From an uncultured delta proteobacterium (GTDB lineage Bacteria > Myxococcota > Myxococcia > Myxococcales > Anaeromyxobacteraceae), in the NCBI GenBank assembly GCA_963814585.1, contig CAWFDF010000008.1, positions 256,001 to 320,000 of the forward strand: a DNA stretch of 64,000 nt, read 5' to 3'. Shown in pieces: positions 55,899 through 64,000 of the stretch (position 1 is the first letter of the stretch; each line of letters starts with the position of its first letter). Made by a program: the position numbers and the translations under genes. Under the pieces are notes generated by a model, which saw nothing but the letters and a program-made list of their open reading frames with translations, did not search any database and had not been told where the DNA came from.

Positions 55899-56702
55899 TC
55901 AGGCCAGGTAGAGCAGCAGGGAGACCATGGTGTTCCAGGCGAAGACGACCGAGATGGAGGCCGCCACCGAGGCGGTGATGGCCGGCGGCACCGCCGTCTC
56001 GCTCCCCACGGCCCGGAATCCCACGCGGCAGCCGATGGCGGCGATGACCAGCCCGGGGACGAGCGACTTGGCCAGCAGCGCGGCCACGTCGGACGGCCTC
56101 ACCGCCGCGGCGACCAGGTCCAGCAGGTCCCGCGGCGCCGGGCCGCCCAGCAGCGGCGAGAGCAGCGCGCTGGCCCCGATGGCCACGGCCAGGAAGACGA
56201 CGTTGAGCGCCATGAGCGAGACCGTCATGCCGAGCAGCCGCGGCACCACCAGGTACTCGAAGGGGTCGACGCCGAGCCCGGTGAGCAGGTCGACCTCGCC
56301 GGAGACCCGCATGGTGGCCAGCTCGGCGGTGAGCGCGGTGCCGCTGCGGGCGATGACGATGGTGGCGGCGATGAGGGGACCGAGCTCCCGGACCAGCACC
56401 ACCACCAGCACGGTGCCGAGCACGCCCCCGCCGGCGCTCGCGGTGTAGGGAGCCTGCGCCGCCACGGCCAGCGCCGCCAGGAAGGCGAGGAACAGCGTGA
56501 AGGGGACGGCGGCGACGCCGGTGAAGTAGACCTGGCGGTAGAACACCTCGCGCACCACCGGGCGGAGGTGGAGGCCGTCTCGGAGGAGCGCCCAGCTCAC
56601 CTCGCCGACGATGGCGGCCAGCTCCACGGCGGCGGCGGCGGCCTTCACCACCGGGGTCCCGGCGGCGCTGAGGAGTCGGCGAAGCGGCGGCATGCCAGGC
56701 AT
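55899..56702 (-). CDS. MlaE-family ABC permease (start at ATG 56702 or 56693)
   Basis: RQVYFTG, VRELGPLI, RSGTALTAELATMRVSGEVD, GVDPFEYLVVPR. Confidence 0.9.
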   Translation of the reverse strand: MPGMPPLRRLLSAAGTPVVKAAAAAVELAAIVGEVSWALLRDGLHLRPVVREVFYRQVYFTGVAAVPFTLFLAFLAALAVAAQAPYTASAGGGVLGTVLVVVLVRELGPLIAATIVIARSGTALTAELATMRVSGEVDLLTGLGVDPFEYLVVPRLLGMTVSLMALNVVFLAVAIGASALLSPLLGGPAPRDLLDLVAAAVRPSDVAALLAKSLVPGLVIAAIGCRVGFRAVGSETAVPPAITASVAASISVVFAWNTMVSLLLYLA

Positions 56703-56864
56703 CCCACCCCGCGCCCCGGCCGGGGTCAAGTGGGGCCTCCGGGACGCCACGCTGCCCGTGGTGGAGCGGCACCTGGAGGTCGAGGCGATGGGCCAGCCCT
56801 GGAGGCACCGCACCGGGCCCCGCCCGCGGTCACGAACGCCGGCGTGGGCTCTCTGACAAGGACC

Positions 56865-59582
56865 ATGTCCAGCCCCCGGTTCCTCCTGGCCGTCGCCCTC
56901 GCCACGCTAACACCCGCCCTCGCCGCCCCGGCGGACGCGCTCCCCCCCCTGGCCATCGAGAGCTTCGCCCTGCCGAACGGACTCGCGGTGACGCTCCAGC
57001 CCGACCACCGCGTGCCACGCGTGGTGGTGAACACCCTCTTCGGCGTCGGCTCCAAGGACGAGCGCCCGGGCCGGACCGGCTTCGCCCACCTCTTCGAGCA
57101 CCTCATGTTCATGGGGACGAGGCGGGTTCCCGGGAACCAGTTCGACGTCCTCATGGAGTCGTCCGGCGGCGCCAACAACGCCTCGACCTCGGAGGACTGG
57201 ACCACCTACTACTCGTGGGGCCCCTCCTCGATCCTGCCGACGCTCCTCTGGCTCGACGCCAATCGCCTCGAGGCCCTCGGCGCCACCATGACCCAGGCCA
57301 AGCTCGACCTCCAGCGGGAGGTGGTCCGGAACGAGCGGCGCCAGGGCTACGAGAACACGCCGTACGGCTCGGCCGAGCTGGTGGTCGCCGAGGCCATGTT
57401 CCCGGCGGGGCATCCGTACCACCACCCGGTGATCGGCTCCCACCAGGACCTCGAGGCGGCCCGGGTCGAGGACGTGGTCGCCTTCTTCGACGGCCACTAC
57501 GTGCCGGCCAACGCCTCGCTGGTCGTGGCGGGCGACTTCGATCCGGCGCAGGTCCGCCGCCTGGTGGAGCAGCTCTTCGGGCCGCTCGCCCCGCGTTCCC
57601 TGGCTGGTCCGACGCCGGTGGCCGCGCCCCGGCTCGAAGGGGAGATCCGCAGGGTCGTGGTGGACCGGGTCGAGCAGCCCCGCCTCGACCTGGCGTGGCA
57701 TGCGCCGGCGGCCTGGTCGCCCGGCACCGCAGAGCTGCAGCTCCTGGCCCGGATCCTCGGCGAGGGTCCGGCCTCGCGCCTCTCCAGGCGGCTGGTGCTC
57801 GAGAGGCGGCTGGCCACGTCGGTGGTCGTCCAGCTCGACGAGCGGCTCCTCGGCTCGCTCTTCCGGGTCGAGATCACCGGCGTCCCCGGCGTCGACCTCG
57901 ACGCCGTGAAGCGCGAGACGCTCGCCGTCCTCGCCGAGGTGGCCGCCTCCGGTCCGACCGGGGCCGAGATGGCCCGGGCCCGCGTCCGCCAGGAGGTCCA
58001 GATCCGGCAGTCCCGCGAGGACCTGATCTCCAGGGCGATCAGGCTCAACGAGTACCGGAGCTTCCTGGGGACGCCGGATGGCTTCGCCCAGGACCTGGCC
58101 CGCTTCACCGCCGTCGGCGCGCCCGCCGTGCGCGACGCGGCTCGCCGGCTGGGCGCCGGGCGGCTCGACCTCCGCTTCATCCCGCGTGGGGCGCCGGCCG
58201 GGGCCGTCCCCGACGTCCGACCCGCCGATTCCACGCCATCCCGGGTGACGCCTCCGTCGCCGGTGGTCTTCCAGCTCACCTCGGGCGTCGAGGTGCGGGC
58301 GTCGTCGCTCCCCGGCTCCGGCCTCTTCGCCGCCGCCGTCCTCCTCCCTGCGGCCGATCGGGCCGTCCCCGCCTCCAGCGCCGGAACCACCGCGCTGCTC
58401 GGCCAGCTCCTGCTCTCCGGGGCCGGGGGCCGGGACGCCGCCGCCTTCGCCGACGCCACCGCCTCGCTGGGCGCCCGAATCGAGGCCCGCACCGATCGGG
58501 GCGCCCTGGCCATCCGGGTCCAGGGCCTGGCGCGAAACCTGCTCCCCACCCTCGACCTGGTCGCCGACGCCCTGCTCCGCCCGGCGCTGTCACCCGCCGA
58601 CTTCGATCGCGCGAAGGCCCTTCTCCAGGCCCAGGTCGAGGCTCGCGCCGCCGATCCCCGCCAGGTGGCGGCGCTGGTGGCCTCGACCCGGCTCTTCGCC
58701 CCGGAGGACCCGCGCAGCCGCCCCGCCGAGGGCTTTCCTTCGACCGTGGCCAGGCTGACCCTCCACGACGTGAAGGCGATGGCCCCGGCCATCCTCCACC
58801 CCGGGGCGGCCATCATCGTCCTGGCCGGCGACATCGATCCGGCCACGCTGCGGGCCACGCTGGAGCGCCGCTTCGGCGCCTGGAGGTCGGCGGCCCGGCC
58901 GCCGCCGCCCGCCCCGCCCGTGCTCGCCGAGGCCGCCGACCGGCGGCTGGTCCTGGTGGACCGCCCGGGCGCGCCCCAGACCATGGTCCTGGCGTCACGG
59001 CCGCTCGCGCCGGCCGGAGAGCCAGCCCGGACCGCACGCCGCCTGGCGATGGTGGCGCTCGGCGGCGGCTTCACCAGCCGGCTCAACCAGAACCTGCGCG
59101 AGAAGCACGGCTACACCTATGGCGCCCGAGGCCAGATCAGCGAGCGCGACGGCCAGTCGCTGCTGGCCATCGCGAGCGCGGTCCAGACCGAGGTGACCGG
59201 CGCGGCCCTCGGCGAGATCGGCAAGGAGCTCGAGGGCCTCACCCGTGGAGGCGTGTCCCCCGAGGAGGCCGGGAAGGCGCGCGAGACGGCCCGCTCGGAC
59301 ATCGCCGAGCAGCTCCTGACCGCCTCGGACATCGCCATGGCCCTCACCGATCAGGCGCTGGCCGGGCGGCCGGCCGGCTCGCTGGCCGAGGATGCGCTGG
59401 CGCTCGACCGGACCGATTCCGCCTCGATCTCGGGAGCGGCCACGGGTGGGGACTTCGGCCTCGGCGGCCTGGCCGTGGTGCTGGTGGGCGACGCCGCCGC
59501 GGTGGTCCCGCAGCTCGAGAAGGCCGGCCTGCCGGCGCCGCTCCTCCTCGACGTCGAGGGGCGGCCGGTCACGGCGCGGTAG
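56865..59582 (+). CDS. M16 family zinc metallopeptidase (pitrilysin-like), secreted
   Basis: Signal peptide; LPNGL, VGSKDE, GFAHLFEHLMF (HXXEH), NAST, VVRNERR, SRLNQNLREKHGYTYG. Confidence 0.94.
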   Translation: MSSPRFLLAVALATLTPALAAPADALPPLAIESFALPNGLAVTLQPDHRVPRVVVNTLFGVGSKDERPGRTGFAHLFEHLMFMGTRRVPGNQFDVLMESSGGANNASTSEDWTTYYSWGPSSILPTLLWLDANRLEALGATMTQAKLDLQREVVRNERRQGYENTPYGSAELVVAEAMFPAGHPYHHPVIGSHQDLEAARVEDVVAFFDGHYVPANASLVVAGDFDPAQVRRLVEQLFGPLAPRSLAGPTPVAAPRLEGEIRRVVVDRVEQPRLDLAWHAPAAWSPGTAELQLLARILGEGPASRLSRRLVLERRLATSVVVQLDERLLGSLFRVEITGVPGVDLDAVKRETLAVLAEVAASGPTGAEMARARVRQEVQIRQSREDLISRAIRLNEYRSFLGTPDGFAQDLARFTAVGAPAVRDAARRLGAGRLDLRFIPRGAPAGAVPDVRPADSTPSRVTPPSPVVFQLTSGVEVRASSLPGSGLFAAAVLLPAADRAVPASSAGTTALLGQLLLSGAGGRDAAAFADATASLGARIEARTDRGALAIRVQGLARNLLPTLDLVADALLRPALSPADFDRAKALLQAQVEARAADPRQVAALVASTRLFAPEDPRSRPAEGFPSTVARLTLHDVKAMAPAILHPGAAIIVLAGDIDPATLRATLERRFGAWRSAARPPPPAPPVLAEAADRRLVLVDRPGAPQTMVLASRPLAPAGEPARTARRLAMVALGGGFTSRLNQNLREKHGYTYGARGQISERDGQSLLAIASAVQTEVTGAALGEIGKELEGLTRGGVSPEEAGKARETARSDIAEQLLTASDIAMALTDQALAGRPAGSLAEDALALDRTDSASISGAATGGDFGLGGLAVVLVGDAAAVVPQLEKAGLPAPLLLDVEGRPVTAR

Positions 59583-59589
59583 GCCCGGA

Positions 59590-61674
59590 TCAGCGCCGCC
59601 GCTTCGGCGGCCGCTTCGCGCCACGCAGCCGACCCGCCGCCGCCGCGCCCGCCAGGGCGCCGCTCCCCAGCACGCCCCTCACCCCCGCCGGCAGGCCGAG
59701 GGCCCGCCCCTTGAGCGCCAGCAGGCGGTCGCGGATCGAGGCGGCCTTCTCGAAGTCGAGCGCCTCGGCGGCCGCGTGCATCTCGGCCTCCAGCGCCGCC
59801 ACCATCCTGGGCAGCTCCTCGGCCCGGTAGTCGGCCCCCTCCTCCGCCGCCAGCGGCACCGTCGACCAGTCGGCCTCCACCACCGCCATGCCCAGGTCGC
59901 TGATGTTCCGCTTCACCGACTGCGGCGTGATGCCGTGCTCCTGGTTGTAGCGCCGCTGCACCTCGCGCCGCCGGTTGGTCTCGTCGAGCGCCCGCTTCAT
60001 CGAGGCGGTGATCGAGTCGGCATAGAGGATGACCCGGCCCTCCAGGTGGCGCGCCGCCCGGCCGATGGTCTGGATCAGCGACACCGCCGAGCGCAGGAAC
60101 CCCTCCTTGTCGGCGTCGAGCACCGCCACCAGCGACACCTCGGGGAGGTCGAGCCCCTCGCGCAGCAGGTTGATGCCGATGAGCACGTCGAACTCGCCCC
60201 GCCGCAGGTCGCGGAGCAGGGCGGCCCGCTCCAGCGTCTCCACGTCGGCGTGCAGGTAGCGGCAGCGGACCCCGACGTCGGTGAAGTACTCGGTCAGGTC
60301 CTCGGCCATCCGCTTGGTGAGGGTGGTCACCAGCACCCGCTGCCCCGCCTCGGCGCGCTGGCGGACCTCGCCCAGCAGGTCGTCCACCTGGGTGGCCACC
60401 GGGCGGACCTCCACCTCGGGATCGGTGAGCCCGGTCGGGCGGATGAGCTGCTCCACCACCACGCCGTGGCTCCTCGAGAGCTCGAACTCGGCGGGCGTGG
60501 CCGAGACGTAGATGGTCTGGGGGCAGAGCCCCTCGAACTCCTCGAAGCGGAGCGGCCGGTTGTCGAGCGCCGAGGGGAGCCGGAAGCCGTACTCGACCAG
60601 CGTCTCCTTGCGCGAGCGGTCCCCCTTGTACATGGAGCCGATCTGGCTGACGGTCTGGTGCGACTCGTCGATGACCGCGATGAAGTCCCTGGGGAAGTAG
60701 TCGAGCAGGCAGGGGGGCGGCTCGCCGGCCCTCCGCCCCGAGAGCCAGCGCGAGTAGTTCTCGATGCCGGTGCAGAACCCCATCTGCTCCAGCATCTCCA
60801 GGTCGAAGGTGGTGCGCTGCTCCAGCCGCTGCGCCTCCACCAGCTTGCCGGCGGCGGTGAGCGCCTGGAGCCGCTCCTGCAGCTCGGCGCGGATGCCGCC
60901 GATGGCCCGGTGCCGGGTCTCGGGCGCCGAGACGTAGTGCGAGTTGGGGAAGATGGCGGCCTTGTCGAGCTCGGCCAGGGCGGTGCCGCGCAGCGGGTCG
61001 AACTCCTGGAGCCGCTCCACCACGTCGCCGAAGAACTCCACCCGGATCGCCCGCGCCTCCTCGTAGGGCGGGAAGATCTCGATGGTGTCCCCCCGCACCC
61101 GGAACGTGCCGCGGTGGAAGTCGAGGTCGTTCCGCTGGTACTGGATGTCCACCAGGGAGCGGATGAAGCGGTCGCGAGGGAACTCCTGGCCGCGAGTGAG
61201 CTGCTGCAGGAGGCCGAAGTAGGCCTCGGCCGTGCCCAGGCCATAGATGCAGGAGACCGAGGCCACGATGATCACGTCGTTGCGGGTGAGCAGCGCGTGG
61301 GTGGCGGCGTGGCGCATCCGGTCGATCTCGTCGTTGATGGACGAGTCCTTCTCGATGTACGTGTCCGACGACGGCACGTACGCCTCCGGCTGGTAGTAGT
61401 CGTAGTAGCTGACGAAGTAGTGCACCGCCGCGTCGGGGAACAGCTCCTTGAACTCCCCGTAGAGCTGCCCGGCCAGCGTCTTGTTGTGGGCGATCACCAG
61501 CGCCGGCCGCTTCACCTCGGCGATGACGTTGGCGACGGTGAAGGTCTTCCCGGAGCCGGTCACGCCCAGCAGCACCTGGTGGGAGTCGCCCCGGCGCAGC
61601 CCGGCCACCAGCTCGCGGATGGCGCGCGGCTGGTCGCCGGTGGGCTGGAAGTCGCTCTTCAGGGTGAACGGCAC
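59590..61674 (-). CDS. uvrB: Excinuclease ABC subunit B
   Basis: [69 protein letters not shown] domain. Confidence 0.98.
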   Translation of the reverse strand: MPFTLKSDFQPTGDQPRAIRELVAGLRRGDSHQVLLGVTGSGKTFTVANVIAEVKRPALVIAHNKTLAGQLYGEFKELFPDAAVHYFVSYYDYYQPEAYVPSSDTYIEKDSSINDEIDRMRHAATHALLTRNDVIIVASVSCIYGLGTAEAYFGLLQQLTRGQEFPRDRFIRSLVDIQYQRNDLDFHRGTFRVRGDTIEIFPPYEEARAIRVEFFGDVVERLQEFDPLRGTALAELDKAAIFPNSHYVSAPETRHRAIGGIRAELQERLQALTAAGKLVEAQRLEQRTTFDLEMLEQMGFCTGIENYSRWLSGRRAGEPPPCLLDYFPRDFIAVIDESHQTVSQIGSMYKGDRSRKETLVEYGFRLPSALDNRPLRFEEFEGLCPQTIYVSATPAEFELSRSHGVVVEQLIRPTGLTDPEVEVRPVATQVDDLLGEVRQRAEAGQRVLVTTLTKRMAEDLTEYFTDVGVRCRYLHADVETLERAALLRDLRRGEFDVLIGINLLREGLDLPEVSLVAVLDADKEGFLRSAVSLIQTIGRAARHLEGRVILYADSITASMKRALDETNRRREVQRRYNQEHGITPQSVKRNISDLGMAVVEADWSTVPLAAEEGADYRAEELPRMVAALEAEMHAAAEALDFEKAASIRDRLLALKGRALGLPAGVRGVLGSGALAGAAAAGRLRGAKRPPKRRR

Positions 61675-61755
61675 GGGGGGGAGAACATAGCGCCCTGGTC
61701 GGACGGGCGCCCGGACGGGCGCCGCGAGAAGGCGCCGGGCCTATACTCCTCGACC

Positions 61756-62967
61756 ATGACGCCCCGGCCGTCCCCCCCGCTCCTCGCCCTGCTGCTCCTC
61801 GCCGCCAGCCACCCGGGGTGCTCCTCGACCGCCGCGCCCGTCACCTGCCCGGCCGGACAGACCGCCTGCGACGGCATCTGCTTCGACCTGCAGGCCGACC
61901 CGCGCTCCTGCGGCGCCTGCCTGAGGCATTGCGCGGCGGGCGCCGCCTGCGTGGCCGGGAGCTGCCAGTGCCCCGCCGCCACCCCCGACACCTGCGGCGC
62001 CCCGCCGGGGAGCTGCGTGGCCCTCGCCAGCGATCCCTCGAACTGCGGAGCCTGCGGCGTGCCGTGCGGCCTCGGCACCTGCGGCGCCGGAGCCTGCACC
62101 TGCGACCCCGGCACCACCAGCTGTACCGGCACCGGAGCGCAGTGCGTCGACCCCCTGGTCGACGCGGCCAACTGCGGCGGCTGCCGGGCCGCCTGTGCCC
62201 ACGGCCAGAGCTGCGACGCCGGGACCTGCAGGTGCCTGGCTCCGCGCCTCGAGTGCGGCGGCGCCTGCATCGACCCCGGGACCGACGAGCGCCACTGCGG
62301 CGGCTGCCTGGCCCCCTGCCCCACCGGCGCGACCTGCTCGGCCGGGTCCTGCCGCTGCCCCGCCAGCGCTCCGGAAGCCTGCGGCGGAGCCTGCGTCGCC
62401 ACCGACGGCGACGTGGCCAACTGCGGCTCCTGCGGGACCCGCTGCGCGACCGGCGCGACCTGCTCGGGCGGAAGCTGCCGCTGTCCCACCGGCCAGGATC
62501 CCTGCGGCAGCTCCCCGGGCGCCTGCACCGACCTCACGGCCGACCCGGGACATTGCGGCGCCTGCACGACCGCCTGCGGCGCCAGCCAGGTCTGCTCCAA
62601 GGGCACCTGCTGCGACGCCGGCCTGCGTGCCTGCAGCTCCGGCGGCGGCATGACCTGCTGCGCCGGGACCGGGTGCTGCGCCGCAGGGTGCCAGCCAGCG
62701 CACGCCAACGGGCTGGGGGACGTCTACTACGATTGCCGCCCGCCCGGGACCTACACCCGCCAGACCGCCTTGCTGGCGGCCCAGGCCTGGTCGCCGAACG
62801 GCGGCACCGACCACGACCTCGCCTACGGCGGCGCCTGCCTGGGAAGGCAGACCACCAGCGCCTGCGCCACCTGGTGCTACACCGGCAACTTCGCGGGCCG
62901 GGTCAGCCTGAACACCATCTCGGTCGCCTGCCTGCCTCCCACGGCGGCGGACCCAGCCTGGGAGTGA
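61756..62967 (+). CDS. Cys-rich repeat lipoprotein (Stig1-like, myxobacterial)
   Basis: Hydrophobic signal ending PGC; six units of about 42 aa, C..C..C.D...D..(N/H)CG.C...C..G..C..G.C. Confidence 0.82.
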   Translation: MTPRPSPPLLALLLLAASHPGCSSTAAPVTCPAGQTACDGICFDLQADPRSCGACLRHCAAGAACVAGSCQCPAATPDTCGAPPGSCVALASDPSNCGACGVPCGLGTCGAGACTCDPGTTSCTGTGAQCVDPLVDAANCGGCRAACAHGQSCDAGTCRCLAPRLECGGACIDPGTDERHCGGCLAPCPTGATCSAGSCRCPASAPEACGGACVATDGDVANCGSCGTRCATGATCSGGSCRCPTGQDPCGSSPGACTDLTADPGHCGACTTACGASQVCSKGTCCDAGLRACSSGGGMTCCAGTGCCAAGCQPAHANGLGDVYYDCRPPGTYTRQTALLAAQAWSPNGGTDHDLAYGGACLGRQTTSACATWCYTGNFAGRVSLNTISVACLPPTAADPAWE

Positions 62968-62979
62968 GGCCGGAACCGC

Positions 62980-63008
62980 TCGACAAACCCGTGCCGACCG
63001 ACTAGGGT
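62980..63008 (+). promoter_or_regulatory. Sigma70-type promoter of the cold-shock gene
   Basis: TCGACA-17 nt-TAGGGT, implying a leader of about 70 nt. Confidence 0.5.
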
Positions 63009-63086
63009 GCGCCGGTCTCCCACGCCCGGAGTCGGCAACGGAGTCCGGAGCGGCACGTCGCCGACCGAACAGAAGGAAGTGTCAAG

Positions 63087-63290
63087 ATGGCCAGCGGTAC
63101 CGTGAAGTGGTTCAATGATGCGAAGGGCTTTGGTTTCATCACCCAGGACGGCGGTGGCGAGGACGTCTTCTGCCACCACACCGCGATCGTCGCGGACGGC
63201 TTCCGCTCCCTCCAGGAGGGCCAGCGGGTCGAGTTCGAGGTGAAGAAGGGTCCGAAGGGCCTGCAGGCCGCCAACGTCAAGGCGATCTAG
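63087..63290 (+). CDS. Cold-shock protein (CspA family)
   Basis: [15 protein letters not shown] (RNP1), DVFCHH (RNP2), GFRSL.EGQ.V.F, GPKG.QA.NV. Confidence 0.97.
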   Translation: MASGTVKWFNDAKGFGFITQDGGGEDVFCHHTAIVADGFRSLQEGQRVEFEVKKGPKGLQAANVKAI

Positions 63291-63311
63291 CTTCGCCTTC
63301 GCAGCGACCAC

Positions 63312-63344
63312 GGAGGCCCGGCCGTTCGGCCGGGCTTTCTCTTT
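63312..63344 (+). terminator. Intrinsic terminator after the csp gene
   Basis: GGAGGCCCGGCC-GTTC-GGCCGGGCTTTC followed by TCTTT. Confidence 0.8.
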
Positions 63345-63371
63345 GCCCCACCTGATTCGCGGGAGACGACG

Positions 63372-63557
63372 ATGGCGTTCAATCCAGGGCACCTGAAGCG
63401 GCAGAAGGAAGCGAAGCGCGCCGAGAAGCAGCGGGAGAAGGACGCCCGCCGCGAGGAGCGGAAGAAGGAGAAGTCCGAGCGTCCCGCCGGCGACGCCGGC
63501 ATCGATCCTGACATCGCGGGCATCATCCCCGGGCCGCAGCCGAAGCCCGAGGAGTAG
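63372..63557 (+). CDS. Small charged hypothetical protein (61 aa)
   Basis: GGGAG SD; K/R/E-rich helix followed by DPDIAGIIPGPQP; good GC3. Confidence 0.7.
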   Translation: MAFNPGHLKRQKEAKRAEKQREKDARREERKKEKSERPAGDAGIDPDIAGIIPGPQPKPEE

Positions 63558-63589
63558 CCCCTCAGGCGCCCGGGCGGCCGGGGATCGTC

Positions 63590-64000
63590 CTACCCGGCCA
63601 CCTTCCAGGTGGTCCCCTCGGGGCCGTCCATGATGGCGACCCCGCCGGCCAGCAGGTCGTCGCGGATGGCGTCGGAGCGGGCGAAGTCCCTGGCCTTGCG
63701 GGCCTCGGTCCGCTCCAGCAGCCTCGCCTCCACCGCCGTCCCGTCGATGCCGCGCCGGGCGGCGGCCCTGGTGCGCAGCGCCAGCAGCGCCTCTCGCGGC
63801 GGCCGCTGCAGCAGCCCCAGCGTCCCGCCCACCGTCCGCGCCGCCGCGGCGAAGGCGGCCAGCGTTCCCCGCTGCTCGGGCGTCTTCTTCCCCTTGAGGT
63901 CGCAGAGCGCGTTGGCGGCGGTGAAGGCCTCGGCCAGCAGCCCCAGCACCTGGGGGGTGTTGAAGTCGTCGTCGAGCGCCTCGCGGCTCCGCTCCACCAG
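63590..64000 (-). CDS. cysS: Cysteine--tRNA ligase, C-terminal part (start lies beyond the window)
   Basis: ALDDDFNTP, ARKARDFARSDAIRDDL..GVAIMDGPEGTTW. Confidence 0.93.
   Translation of the reverse strand: MVERSREALDDDFNTPQVLGLLAEAFTAANALCDLKGKKTPEQRGTLAAFAAAARTVGGTLGLLQRPPREALLALRTRAAARRGIDGTAVEARLLERTEARKARDFARSDAIRDDLLAGGVAIMDGPEGTTWKVAG

Noticed and set aside
61675..61755. SOS/LexA box upstream of uvrB
   Set aside because: No recognisable operator; only back-to-back -10 boxes and a short GC inverted repeat.
55260..62967. Apparent 1440-aa and 1191-aa fusion ORFs
   Set aside because: Their N-terminal parts are antisense to the mla genes and uvrB; the real genes start at 56865 and 61756 with signal peptides.

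Overview
Very GC-rich bacterial chromosome segment, most likely from an Anaeromyxobacter-like member of the Myxococcota (inferred from a tgl-type pilotin locus, a myxobacterial type III PKS operon and Cys-rich repeat lipoproteins). It is mostly core genome: tag, tatD-metG-holA-holB, divIVA-like, polA, glyQS, recO, tgl, queE, pyrD, rimI, dnaJ-like, plsB, a CoA-transferase, ppa-cysE-cysK, uvrC, uvrB, a cold-shock gene and partial cysS. Accessory blocks are a five-gene type III PKS/ICMT/ACP/FAAL/FAD-oxidoreductase cluster, an orphan GspE/PilB-like ATPase coupled to a Ycf46-like AAA ATPase, an MCE/Mla-like operon and several large lipoproteins. I found no rRNA, tRNA, CRISPR array, prophage or IS element by eye. 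The strongest hidden signal is a small FmdB-family zinc-ribbon gene whose apparent UGA stop (47822-47824, minus strand) sits at a Cys-like position (CGPVG-UGA-GI-stop) and is followed 11 nt later by a SECIS-like hairpin, making it a candidate unannotated selenoprotein. Other points: the Mla-type ABC subunit has lost every catalytic motif, at least 11 genes have a TAnnnT box directly before the start codon (leaderless or short-leader), and 2-4 frameshifts fall in simple-sequence runs and may be assembly errors. All calls come from reading motifs; no database searches were run.
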